NCBI GenBank assembly: GCA_965223965.1
Contig: CBDCXX010000002.1
Span: 56,132 to 120,131 of the forward strand
Source of the DNA: Phototrophicaceae bacterium
GTDB taxonomy: Bacteria > Chloroflexota > Anaerolineae > Aggregatilineales > Phototrophicaceae
DNA length: 64,000 nt
Reading direction: 5' to 3'
A program made the translations under genes and the position numbers. Below the pieces are notes generated by a model. That model searched no databases. It saw only the letters and a program-made list of their open reading frames with translations, and was not told the DNA's origin. Shown here in pieces: positions 9,629 to 18,636 of the stretch. Within the stretch, counting starts at the first letter, position 1, and every line of letters begins with the position of its first letter.

Positions 9629-10687
9629 TCAACCGGGCCGGGAGCCGTGGCCGGTCTGCGTGCCGCCGGTTTCCGTGGTGATACCGGCTTCACCTTTGTA
9701 GCGCAGCTCCTCGCGCACAAATTCGCCGTTCTCCATGATGTGGATGTCATCCACCCAGTAGCTGTTGTTGAGGCTGGGGAAATCGATATGCGAATTGGTG
9801 AGGGTGGTAGCGCCCTTGAAGATGCCGATGTTGGAGCCGAAGGCGATCTGCATGTTGGCGTACATGCACTCGTTATCCTGGCCGGGGATGAGCCAGTTGG
9901 CGCGCCGCTCGCAACCCCAACCGACGTGGGCAATGCGGTAGGAATCCTCGGAGTTGAACTGGGCGAACCAGCGCTTCAGCAATTCGGCTTGCATGCCACC
10001 CTTGATACTGGTGATTCGGCCGTCATTCATTTCCAGATAAACATAATCCTGAATATACTGGTTGATCACGAGCATGTAATCGCCCGGGGAAAGCACGAGG
10101 ACACCGCCGCCCTTGTGTTCTTCGGGCGCGCAGCAGACCATCCCGCTCGGCCAGATATCCCAGCGGCCGGGGACATCGGAGACGCTGTAGATACCCATCG
10201 GGTCACGCCCCTCCTTGTAGAAGGTGAGGTCGGTACCGCCAGGGGAAGTGATACGCATGGTGCTGGCGTTCTTCATGAGCTTTTGGCCGGCGAGGACGCG
10301 CTCGCGCAGTTCCTGGGTGGGGAAGAGACGGCGCATGGTGTTGATGGCCACGCCGATGCGTTGCAGGCGCGTGCCGCTATCCATCGATTCGCGCATGATG
10401 TGGCCGTAGGCATGGGGACCGGAGGAGACGTCGACGACCATGTCGGCGCGTTTCCAGGCGTCGATGACCGCTTTTTCTTCACGGTTGGGGTGCACGATCT
10501 GGAAAACATCGGCGCCGAGCTCAATGGCCGCACCCATATAGGCGGCGGCATAATGGGGATAGCTGCCCGGGTCGGTATGGATGAGGAGATGTTCACCCGG
10601 CTGCAACTTGCATAATTCCAGGTGCCTCCGGAACATATCTACCAGTTGGGTACTTGCTGCATAACTCAGAGCCAGCGTTTCGACCAT
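9629..10687 (-). CDS. NicX/aminopeptidase T (M29)-like protein, paralogue 3
   Basis: Track ORF 9629-10711 trimmed to ATG 10687, preceded by CAGGAG. Carries HVGWGCERRANW, NMQIAFG and SHIDF motifs, the same family as the other two paralogues. Confidence 0.5.
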   Translation of the reverse strand: MVETLALSYAASTQLVDMFRRHLELCKLQPGEHLLIHTDPGSYPHYAAAYMGAAIELGADVFQIVHPNREEKAVIDAWKRADMVVDVSSGPHAYGHIMRESMDSGTRLQRIGVAINTMRRLFPTQELRERVLAGQKLMKNASTMRITSPGGTDLTFYKEGRDPMGIYSVSDVPGRWDIWPSGMVCCAPEEHKGGGVLVLSPGDYMLVINQYIQDYVYLEMNDGRITSIKGGMQAELLKRWFAQFNSEDSYRIAHVGWGCERRANWLIPGQDNECMYANMQIAFGSNIGIFKGATTLTNSHIDFPSLNNSYWVDDIHIMENGEFVREELRYKGEAGITTETGGTQTGHGSRPG

Positions 10688-10879
10688 GTTACATCTCCTG
10701 AATGGATCCAATATGTGTCTCGTAAGTTAGCACGAAGCGCGTACGGAATACAAATGAGTTGTGTGGGCCCGGTTGTGACAGCGCTTGCAAAGGGCGTGGA
10801 ATTCGGGCAGGTGGCTACCAGGCCGGCGTCGCGCTGAAGGGCTGCCGCAGGTCAAGCTAGGCCGGGACGACGAGGAGTT

Positions 10880-11383
10880 TCACGGGTCTGTGCTCTCCTC
10901 CCGCACCGGCAGCGAATAGCGAAAGTCGCAGTGGGTCGCACCCTGCATGATGGTCTGCGTGCGCTCCAGCTGGACATCTGCGTTGAAGCCCTCGATGAGC
11001 GCGAAGTCGCGGTTGCAGGAGAGCAGCGCACCCAGTTCCGGGATGCCCAGCGCGTGATAAAGCTCGGCGTAGCGGCAGCGCGTGACGTTGAAGTGGAAGG
11101 CGTTGTCGTCCTGGCGCAGCGTCTCGATGCGCAGCGCGTCATCCTGCTGCCAGGCGGGCAGGGTGTCGGCGAAGGCCTGCATGTCGTCGCTGCCCATCTG
11201 TTGCGCCATGACCGCGCCCTGTTCCTGCGCGATCTTGATGATCGTCTCGCGCAGGACGTTGAGCACACGCTCGCGGCCGAATTCCTCACCCAGCGCCTCG
11301 ATCAGTGGCGCCAGGATGCGCGCCTCGGTTTCGCGGCGCGTGAGCACGCCGATGCGCTGGTTCAGTTCGTCTTCTGCGGGCAT
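10880..11383 (-). CDS. ATC-hydrolase family protein (L-2-amino-thiazoline-4-carboxylic acid hydrolase-like)
   Basis: 167 aa. [11 protein letters not shown] and GATHCDFRY motifs recall the ATC hydrolase family, recognised from memory. Confidence 0.5.
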   Translation of the reverse strand: MPAEDELNQRIGVLTRRETEARILAPLIEALGEEFGRERVLNVLRETIIKIAQEQGAVMAQQMGSDDMQAFADTLPAWQQDDALRIETLRQDDNAFHFNVTRCRYAELYHALGIPELGALLSCNRDFALIEGFNADVQLERTQTIMQGATHCDFRYSLPVREESTDP

Positions 11384-11414
11384 GAGCGGCCTCCGGCAAC
11401 TGGCTCAGGGCCGG

Positions 11415-11423
11415 ATTGTAGCA
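11415..11423 (-). promoter_or_regulatory. Candidate extended -10 promoter element (TGCTACAAT on minus strand)
   Basis: The reverse strand reads cgccgTGcTACAATc about 30 nt upstream of the 10880-11383 start. The same 15-mer recurs at 13834-13848. Confidence 0.35.
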
Positions 11424-11567
11424 CGGCGCGCCCAACGTGGTTTCCCAGGCTGGTGGGCAGGTTGTTGTTGACCTTGAGGTGCCGGGACCGGCTGGCAACG
11501 CAACAGGGCGCCCCGTGAGGAGCGCCCCGGAGAATGCCGCCGCGGGCTGCAGCCCGCCAGCGGGTGC

Positions 11568-13631
11568 CTAGCCCATGGCGGCGGCGAGGCTGCCGCAGGC
11601 GGGGCAATCGCCGCCAGGACGCACGATGGCATAGCCGGCCTGGGGGTCGGAGTCGTAGCGGATGGCGTCGACATTCCAGACGATGAGCAGGCGGACGCGG
11701 CCGCTGCTCCGGGCGAGAGTGACGACGCGCCCGAGCCAGTTGGCCTGGTCGGCGATGGTGACGTTGCCCGCCCAGGCGAAGCCAACGGGGAGAGGTCCGA
11801 AGCCTTCGGAACTGAGATAGCCGAGTTCGGTGAAGCAGAGGGGCTTGCCGGGAAAGGTGGCGGCGTAGGTTTCGAACATGCGCGGGTAGTAGCGGGTGTA
11901 GTGGCCGCTGTTGCCGCGCGGGTCACCGCTGCGGGCGTCCGGGCTGAGGATACCCTCGTTGTAGTGGACGCCGACGCAGTCCATGTAGCTGGCGGCGCCG
12001 GCCGCGGCCATGCCGCGGATGAAGGGCAGGTCATCGCAGCCGGAACCGCCACAGCCACCGCCGAAGAAGCCGGTGGGGGCGGGGGCGCCGCTGATGACCA
12101 TGACGTTGGGGTTGGCGGCCTTGATGGCATTCCAGGCGGCGCTGAGCATGGAGGTATAGGCCCGGGGGCTGATCTGACCGTTGGGCCACTCGCGGCTGAT
12201 GTTCTGTTCGTTCCAGACCTCTATGGCATTGGGGCCGAGAGAGGCGACGCCGCCGAGGAAGTTGACGAAGTCCCGGGTATAGCCGGCGGGGTCGGGGGCC
12301 ATCTGACCGGGCTCGCCGACGATACTGAGGAGGACGCGGAAGCCGGCGCCATGGGCCTGGCCGATGATGCCCCCGACCCTGGCGGCGTCATCGCCGCGGT
12401 GATAGCGGACCTGCCGTTTGACCCAGGTCATGCGCGCGGCGTGCATGTGATTGGGGAAGGCAAAGCTGAGGGCCTGGCCGCCGAGCGCAAAGCTGCCGCC
12501 GATAGCCGGCGCGCTGACCCGGGCCGGTTGCTCTGCCGGGGCCGCCTGTTGTGGACGAGGTTGTGGCGCCGGCGCCACCGTGGCTGGCTCGCTGCGCGAC
12601 AGCAGAGGGGCGTGTACGAAAATCACGTCGTCGTCGTGTTTCACCGCCTGCCAGGTCGCGTCGCCGTTTACGGACTCGCCGGAGACGCGCTGCAGGACGT
12701 CCACCGCCGTGCCGCGCGCGAAGCCGGAGATCACAGCGCAATTCGTGCCCGGGCAAGCGCGCGCGTTGGCGCTCACGGCAGCGACGACGTAGTAGCGGGT
12801 TGTCGCCTGATTGATGTTGACGGACGGCGCAAAGCTGACCACCTCTGTGGCCGTGGTGTCAGTCTGATGCGGCGTCACTGATGATGAGCTCGTTTCGGCA
12901 AGGGAGGCGTGTACGAAGACCTCGCTCCCTGCGTGGCGTACCTTCAGCCAGCGCGCGTCGCCGAGCCAGGCCGTGCCAGCTACATGCCCGGTGACGTCCA
13001 GCGCCTGGCCGCTGCTGAAGCTGGTGACGACTGCGCAACTTGTGGCGGGGCAGACCCGTGCGTTCACCCTGCCGCTGCTGGCGACGACGTACCCGTCACC
13101 GGCAGACATCGTTACGTCAGAAATGCAGCCCGTCAGCACCTCGATGAGCGCATCCACTTCGCGCAGGTCGATGGTCAGGCCGTAAGCCTTCCGCACCCTG
13201 ACGATGGTTTCGGCGAACCAGCAGCGGTTCTGCGGCGGCAGCCAGTCCGTGGCGTCCCCGTCGCCCTTCTGCTCGTGTACCAGTCGGGGATCGGCGACGA
13301 TCAGGTTGCGCAGGTCCGCGGCGAATGCGCTTCTGGTCGCGCTGTCGGCAGCGCAAAGGCCGCTGTCATGCGCCTCGGCGAGAGCGATGACGTGATCGAC
13401 CACCATTTCCTGGTCCGTATTGAAGCATTCGTTGGTGTAGGGACTGCAGATCGTTCCGCCCTGATTGTCGATCACCTGCGACACAATGGAGCGGGGGACG
13501 GGATAGTCCGCAAGGTTGAAAGGCGCGCAGCGCGTTTCAGGGGCGACGGTCAGGTCAAGCCAGCGGTCCTGCGCCTGCAGCGCGCCGGTGCCGGCCAGTG
13601 CCAGCAGCAGGATTGCGAATGAGCGAATCAC
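11568..13631 (-). CDS. Secreted modular protein: DUF1524/HNH-type nuclease domain + 2 SH3b-like modules + clan GH-A-like glycoside hydrolase domain
   Basis: 687 aa. Signal peptide MIRSFAILLLALAGTGALQA. Nuclease-type block DHVIALAEAHDSG...NLIVA...QKGDGDATDWLPPQNRCW. Two NAR(V/A)CP..(S/N)CAV SH3b-like repeats. C-terminal (beta/alpha)8-like domain with EVWNEQN and CFTELGY candidate catalytic glutamates. Confidence 0.6.
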   Translation of the reverse strand: MIRSFAILLLALAGTGALQAQDRWLDLTVAPETRCAPFNLADYPVPRSIVSQVIDNQGGTICSPYTNECFNTDQEMVVDHVIALAEAHDSGLCAADSATRSAFAADLRNLIVADPRLVHEQKGDGDATDWLPPQNRCWFAETIVRVRKAYGLTIDLREVDALIEVLTGCISDVTMSAGDGYVVASSGRVNARVCPATSCAVVTSFSSGQALDVTGHVAGTAWLGDARWLKVRHAGSEVFVHASLAETSSSSVTPHQTDTTATEVVSFAPSVNINQATTRYYVVAAVSANARACPGTNCAVISGFARGTAVDVLQRVSGESVNGDATWQAVKHDDDVIFVHAPLLSRSEPATVAPAPQPRPQQAAPAEQPARVSAPAIGGSFALGGQALSFAFPNHMHAARMTWVKRQVRYHRGDDAARVGGIIGQAHGAGFRVLLSIVGEPGQMAPDPAGYTRDFVNFLGGVASLGPNAIEVWNEQNISREWPNGQISPRAYTSMLSAAWNAIKAANPNVMVISGAPAPTGFFGGGCGGSGCDDLPFIRGMAAAGAASYMDCVGVHYNEGILSPDARSGDPRGNSGHYTRYYPRMFETYAATFPGKPLCFTELGYLSSEGFGPLPVGFAWAGNVTIADQANWLGRVVTLARSSGRVRLLIVWNVDAIRYDSDPQAGYAIVRPGGDCPACGSLAAAMG

Positions 13632-13834
13632 GGAATTCTCCCTGTACCTTGCACCGACAAATGCTGTGCCAGACTGCCCGAAGCGACACCATTGTTTGAG
13701 CGCGAGTTGCTGGTCGGGTGGAGCAGCGGGCGTGGCGGCCGGGGTGCCTCAGATGTCGCGGATTCCCTGCTCCTGTTCATTGGACATGAAGCGGGCTTGC
13801 CACGGTCGGCCTGTGGCAACTGGCGTCCCGCCAG

Positions 13835-13843
13835 ATTGTAGCA
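13835..13843 (-). promoter_or_regulatory. Candidate extended -10 promoter element (TGCTACAAT on minus strand)
   Basis: Identical 15-mer to the one at 11414-11428, about 200 nt upstream of the 11568-13631 start and just downstream of the hairpin at 13847-13872. Confidence 0.35.
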
Positions 13844-13846
13844 CGG

Positions 13847-13872
13847 CGGGAGAGGAGGGGTCTCCTCTCCCG
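13847..13872 (-). terminator. Stem-loop downstream of 13882-14574 (11-bp stem, no U-tract)
   Basis: cgggagaggag/gggt/ctcctctcccg is a perfect inverted repeat, 10 nt after the stop codon of the upstream minus-strand gene. Confidence 0.4.
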
Positions 13873-13881
13873 CGTCAGCAG

Positions 13882-14574
13882 TTACAAATCACAGGCGATT
13901 CCATCCCCGTCGCGGTCCCTGTTCCCGTTGTAGGCAGGATGACCGGGAGTAAAGTTGCCGTCGCCGTACTGTTCACGAATCGCCTTGCAGGACATACCTG
14001 GATAGGCGGACCGGGAATCGGAAGGTGGCTGTACAGGCTGGGGTTGCGCTGCGCCAGACTGTGCGGGTTGTATCGGATGCACCTGCTGCGTCTGTGGACG
14101 GGTTTGGCTGACAAGTGAACTGTGAATGAAGGCGTCTTGGCCGCTCAACTGGATTCGCGTCCAGTTGCTGCTGCCCAGGACGAACTCCCCTTCAACCTGG
14201 CCAGTGGTACTGATCACGTCGCCGCGTACGAAACTGCGCACGATGGCACAGCTGGTTTGCGGGCAGGAACGCGCGTTGGCAGTGTCTGAGGCTGCGATGT
14301 ACTGGTTTGTAGTTACCCTAGTTTGTGAGCGAGAGTCTGCAGTTGTAGCAGCTGGCCGAACAGTGACTGGTTCACGGCGGACTGTGACTGGTATTGATAC
14401 TGGACGTGAAGAGGAGACCGGTGCAGTTACTGGCGCCCGCTGCAATGTCATAGTCTGCGAAGACCGTGCCGAGAAAACGAGGTATAGAGCAATCAGCAGG
14501 ATGCCTGTGGCGATGAGCGTCAAACATCCGCACCCAGCGATGATCACCAAAGCTCGTCTTGAGATGTGCATCAC
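13882..14574 (-). CDS. Membrane-anchored SH3b + Excalibur domain protein
   Basis: 230 aa. N-terminal TM segment, one SH3b-like module (NARSCPQTSCAIV...), Pro/Gln-rich linker, C-terminal Excalibur-type Ca-binding motif NRDRDGDGIACDL. Confidence 0.6.
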   Translation of the reverse strand: MMHISRRALVIIAGCGCLTLIATGILLIALYLVFSARSSQTMTLQRAPVTAPVSSSRPVSIPVTVRREPVTVRPAATTADSRSQTRVTTNQYIAASDTANARSCPQTSCAIVRSFVRGDVISTTGQVEGEFVLGSSNWTRIQLSGQDAFIHSSLVSQTRPQTQQVHPIQPAQSGAAQPQPVQPPSDSRSAYPGMSCKAIREQYGDGNFTPGHPAYNGNRDRDGDGIACDL

Positions 14575-14598
14575 AAGTATCTCCTCTTTCGAACCAAC

Positions 14599-15942
14599 TC
14601 AGCCGCCCGGGCAGATGCTTTCGCAGGGCACGCCGTCGCTGTCTGAGTCTCGACGTGAGCAGCCGCACTGGTTCAACTGGAAACGGGCTTCTGCGCAGGA
14701 GGCCATGGCGCCGCAGGTCTTTGAGCAGTTGCAACTGAACTGCGGGCCGGGCACGGTGGTCGGCGGTACGCTGACCTGGGCTGGCTGTTGCTGCTGTTGC
14801 TGTGGCGCCGGTTGCTGCGAACGCGTTACCGGCTGCGGCGCCGGCGTGCTGGTCGGGCGCGGCCGGGTCTGGGAGAGCAGGGGCGCGTGGATGTAGACGG
14901 CGGCGTTGTTGTGCTTCACCGCTTGCCAGCTCGAATTGCCGCTGACTGAATCGCCAGTGACGCGCTGCAGCACATTGACCGCCGCGCCGCGCGCGAAGCT
15001 GGTGACCACGTTGCAGGTGGTGCGCGGGCAACTGCGCGCGTTGGCGCTGACCGACGCGATCACGTAGTAAGTGGTCGTCGCCTGATTGATGTTGACCGTT
15101 GGCGCGCTGCCGCTCGCAGGCGTGGAGGTTGGTACAGGCGTCGGCGTTGGCGTGACCATGCCCGCGAGTGATACGTGGACAAATACTTCAGCGTCCCCAT
15201 GGCGGACCTTCAGCCAGCGCGTGTCGTCGCGCCAGGCCGCGCCCTCCACCTGCTCCATCACGTCCAGCGCTTGGCCACTGCTGAAGGTGGTGACGACGGC
15301 GCAGGTCGTGTCCGCGCAGGCGCGCGCGTTCACCGTGCCGCTGTGGGTGACGACCCAGACCGTTGCGGTCGGCTGATCCACAGTCGTATCCGCGGGAACA
15401 GTCACATCGCAGGTGGCGAGTACGCGGTCAAGCGCATTGGCTTCGCGCCGGTCGATGGTCAGGTTGTAGGCGCGGCGCACGGTGATGATCTGGTTTGCGA
15501 ACCAGCAGCGATTCTGCGCGGGCATCCAGTCGGCCGCGTCCTTGGCCCGTTTCTGGTTGCGGTTCAAACCGGGCGAAGCCAGGGTCAGGTTGCGCAGGTC
15601 GGAGGAGAACTGCCGCTTGATGGCGTTGCTGACAGCGCAGAGGCCGCTGTCGTGCGCTTCCGACACGGCGACGATGTGCTCAATATCCGTGTCAAATCGT
15701 GACTCAAAGCACTCGTTGGTATAGGGGCTGCAGATGTTGCCGCCCTCGCGCGCGATGATGGCCAGCTCGACGGACTGGGAGTAGGGGTAGTCATCGCGGT
15801 CGTAGAGAGCGCAGCGGTTCTCGGCCGCCACGCGAATGCCACGCCACTCCTCCTGTGCCAGTGAAGCGTTCGGCGTGCCCGTGACGTGCAGGACAGCAGC
15901 AGCCAGGGCGACCAGCAGCGTGGCATACAGAAAACGACTCAT
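14599..15942 (-). CDS. Secreted DUF1524/HNH-type nuclease + 2 SH3b-like modules + Excalibur domain protein
   Basis: 447 aa. Signal peptide; DIEHIVAVSEAHDSG...NLTLA...NQKRAKDAADWMPAQNRCW, paralogous to the N-terminus of 11568-13631. Two SH3b-like repeats. Cys-rich C-terminus with RRDSDSDGVPCE. Confidence 0.6.
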   Translation of the reverse strand: MSRFLYATLLVALAAAVLHVTGTPNASLAQEEWRGIRVAAENRCALYDRDDYPYSQSVELAIIAREGGNICSPYTNECFESRFDTDIEHIVAVSEAHDSGLCAVSNAIKRQFSSDLRNLTLASPGLNRNQKRAKDAADWMPAQNRCWFANQIITVRRAYNLTIDRREANALDRVLATCDVTVPADTTVDQPTATVWVVTHSGTVNARACADTTCAVVTTFSSGQALDVMEQVEGAAWRDDTRWLKVRHGDAEVFVHVSLAGMVTPTPTPVPTSTPASGSAPTVNINQATTTYYVIASVSANARSCPRTTCNVVTSFARGAAVNVLQRVTGDSVSGNSSWQAVKHNNAAVYIHAPLLSQTRPRPTSTPAPQPVTRSQQPAPQQQQQQPAQVSVPPTTVPGPQFSCNCSKTCGAMASCAEARFQLNQCGCSRRDSDSDGVPCESICPGG

Positions 15943-15948
15943 GGATTA

Positions 15949-16006
15949 GCCTCCTCGCGAAGCAAAAAAACGCCCGCTGGACGCGGTATCGGGGGTGCGA
16001 GGAGGC
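15949..16006 (-). promoter_or_regulatory. RBS-sequestering helix in the 5' leader of 14599-15942
   Basis: On the mRNA strand, GCCUCCUCGC (16006-15997) is perfectly complementary to GCGAGGAGGC (15958-15949). The latter contains the GGAGG Shine-Dalgarno 6 nt before the ATG. A U7 run (15970-15964) lies inside the loop. Confidence 0.4.
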
Positions 16007-16369
16007 CACAATGATGAAACCACGCCCCGAAGGGCGACCTTAACACTGGGTCAAGGCAGGCGGCCAGTGTACATCAACACTGTGTTCTATGGCAGTCATG
16101 CATTTGGCCTGTGGTAGCGGTCACAGCGCAGCAGCCCTGGCGCGCGCCTGCTCAGCGCAATTTCGCTGAATTACTGCCTGGATTCAGGTCTCCGCATCCA
16201 TGGTTGCCATGCAGCCAGGCAGGTCAGGTACAGAGTAGGCGATTTTGGATCGATGCGAACAAAAGCGGGACATAGTGTTAGCAAGCGCTTGTTGGTCAAG
16301 CAAGGGGCAACACCATCGCACGGCGACGGCGAAGCTGTCTCAATGCTGTGTAACGGGTTTGGGCTGGCC

Positions 16370-17968
16370 TTAGCCGAAGAGGCGTAGCTGTTTGAGCGCG
16401 AGCTGCAGGTTGAGCCGGGCGGCGGGCTCGCTGAGCGGGTCGCCGCAGATGCTGCGGATACGTTGCAGGCGATAGTTGAGCGTGCTCCGGTGGATGTGCA
16501 GCGCGCGAGCCGTGCGGGCGCCATTGCCGCCGGCGTCCAGCCAGGTCTCGAGCGTGCGGAACAGGTCCGCCTGTTCCTCCTGCTGCAGCTGGCGCAGCGC
16601 CTCCTGATGCGGGCTGTGCGCCAGTTCCTGGGGCCCGGCCTGCCACAACGTGAGCAGGTAGCCGAGGCCCGCGTATTCCGTCACCGGGGGTAGCTCCAGG
16701 CGGCGCGCGATCTGCAGCGCCTGCTGACACTGGCTGTAGGCGAGCGGCACGTTGGCGGCGTCGCGCTGCGGCGGGCTGATGCAGATGCGCAGGCCCCTGC
16801 CCAGGCGCAGACGGCGCAACTGCGCGCTGATGTCCTCATGCGGCCTGTCCGCCGGGGTCAGCAGCAGCACCTGGCCGGCGAACTGGCCTACGACCGCCTG
16901 CCATGCTTCGCGCGCCGCCAGCTGATGGATGCGGCGCTGCACACGTAGCAGCTGCTGACGTTCCGGCGGCGCCACCAGCAAGAGGCGCCAGGGCGCGGCG
17001 AGGTCGATGCCGAAGCGCAGGGCCTGATCGGCCAGCAGGGCATTCTGTCCGTCGCCGCCCTCGATCAGGCGCGCGAAGAAACTGCCCTTCAATGACATCT
17101 CGGCGCCTTGCACGGCTTCCTGGTGCAACATCATCAGGGCGGCGATGGTGGCGCCGCTTTCGATGGCCATGTGGTCGATGTCGGTCAGCGGGCGGTCGTC
17201 GGCGATGATCCAGACGTAGCCGTAGATGTCGCCATGGACGACGACGGGCGCGAGGATACGCTCCATCTCGAGGCCGACTGCGGGCAGCGCCGGCAGCGCC
17301 AGCGGGCGCAGCGTGCTGCGGATGGTGGCCAGGTCGCCGCGTTCGCGCAGGGCGCGCACGAGGCGCGGGTCGGTGCGCCCTTCGCGCAGGGTGTAGCGGC
17401 GCGCCTCGTCGAAAATGCTGATGTTGGCGCTGGCGAGCGCCTCGAAGCGCTCGTTCTCGATGCTGACCGACTGATCGATGAGGCCGGCGAGGGTGTTGGC
17501 CAGCTGCTGCAGGTCACCGCCATCCAGCACCAGCTGCGTCAGCACGCGCTGGATGTTAAGCGCGCGCTCCAGCAGCGCCATGTGCTGCTGGGCGATGAGT
17601 TCGTTGGCGCTGCGGGTGATATCAACGAAGCGCAGGCGCGAGGGCAACTCGATGAGCGGGAAGCAGTGATGCTCCGCGGCTGCGCGCAAGGCCTCGGGCG
17701 CGCAGTCGATGGTGCTGCCGACGGCCAGGCCCATGCCGGCCACGCCCTTGTCCACGAGGGCCTTCAGCCAGGCGCGTTGAGCGTCAGCGTCGGCCGGCAG
17801 GTTGATGGCGGTGGTCAGGATGAGCTCGCCGCCGTTGAGCCAGTTGGCGGCATCCGGCACGCTGACCGGGTGCACCTGGCGGATGGGACGGTGGCTGCCC
17901 GCCGCGCCGGCGACCAGTCTGGCGCCAGCGAAGGCCGGCAATTGCAAGGCGTCAGCTACCGTGAGCAC
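16370..17968 (-). CDS. PucR family transcriptional regulator
   Basis: 532 aa. N-terminal purine-catabolism-regulator-like domain and C-terminal PucR HTH (ARTARALHIHRSTLNYRLQRI). Confidence 0.8.
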   Translation of the reverse strand: MLTVADALQLPAFAGARLVAGAAGSHRPIRQVHPVSVPDAANWLNGGELILTTAINLPADADAQRAWLKALVDKGVAGMGLAVGSTIDCAPEALRAAAEHHCFPLIELPSRLRFVDITRSANELIAQQHMALLERALNIQRVLTQLVLDGGDLQQLANTLAGLIDQSVSIENERFEALASANISIFDEARRYTLREGRTDPRLVRALRERGDLATIRSTLRPLALPALPAVGLEMERILAPVVVHGDIYGYVWIIADDRPLTDIDHMAIESGATIAALMMLHQEAVQGAEMSLKGSFFARLIEGGDGQNALLADQALRFGIDLAAPWRLLLVAPPERQQLLRVQRRIHQLAAREAWQAVVGQFAGQVLLLTPADRPHEDISAQLRRLRLGRGLRICISPPQRDAANVPLAYSQCQQALQIARRLELPPVTEYAGLGYLLTLWQAGPQELAHSPHQEALRQLQQEEQADLFRTLETWLDAGGNGARTARALHIHRSTLNYRLQRIRSICGDPLSEPAARLNLQLALKQLRLFG

Positions 17969-18015
17969 GGGCGCTCAGGACCATATGGTGGTTATGGAGT
18001 TGGGGCCGGCATGGC

Positions 18016-18636
18016 TCATGGTTCGCGATCCGCGCCGGGCGCTGCGGAAGGGGCCCGCTCCAGCAGTTGACGCAGGGCTGCCATGCGCGGGTCCAGGTCC
18101 TCGTTGTCGCAGTTACAGTCCGTCTGGTTGCGGTTGGCACCACAGTCGAGACAGAGGCCGCGGCAATCTGCCTTGCAGAGCAGGCCCTGCTCGCTGGCGA
18201 TGAGCACCTCGGCGCGCAGCAGCGGCGCCAGGTCGAGCATGCCGTCCTCGCCAATGCTGAACTCCACGCTGGTGGCGACCGGGTAGCTGTAGAGTTCCTC
18301 CAGCTGCAGCGAAAGTTGCGCCATGGTCGGCGTCAGACAGCGGTCGCAATCGCTGCTCAGGCCGGCCTGCAACTGCCCCTGGAGCAACACGCCTTCGCGC
18401 GTGCGGCTGAGGCGAAAGGGGCCGCGCAGGTATTCCAGCGCCAGGTCTGGGGCGACGCGCAGGGCAGGAAGGTCCAGCGTCGCGTCCTGGCTGTAGCCGG
18501 GCCCGGCGCCGGTGATGTCACCGACGTTGAGCCGTAACACGCGTTTGTTGAGGAAGTGTGTCGATGCGCTCATGGGAATTGTTGTCACAGGATCGGCTGT
18601 GTTGTGATGATAGGAGAGAGTCGCGCGCACTGTCAA
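18016..18636 (-). CDS. DUF177 (YceD-like) protein
   Basis: CDRCLTP ... CKADCRGLCLDCGANRNQTDCNC ... DPRMAALRQLL is the DUF177 cysteine pattern. The track start is TTG 18636; ATG 18573 is an alternative start. Confidence 0.75.
   Translation of the reverse strand: MTVRATLSYHHNTADPVTTIPMSASTHFLNKRVLRLNVGDITGAGPGYSQDATLDLPALRVAPDLALEYLRGPFRLSRTREGVLLQGQLQAGLSSDCDRCLTPTMAQLSLQLEELYSYPVATSVEFSIGEDGMLDLAPLLRAEVLIASEQGLLCKADCRGLCLDCGANRNQTDCNCDNEDLDPRMAALRQLLERAPSAAPGADREP

Noticed and set aside
11405-12130. A 241-aa Pro/Ala/Ser/Thr-rich minus-strand ORF.
   Set aside because: It is an alternative frame of the GH-A-like domain of 11568-13631 and of its downstream intergenic region. It is low-complexity, and the in-frame gene has clear catalytic motifs.
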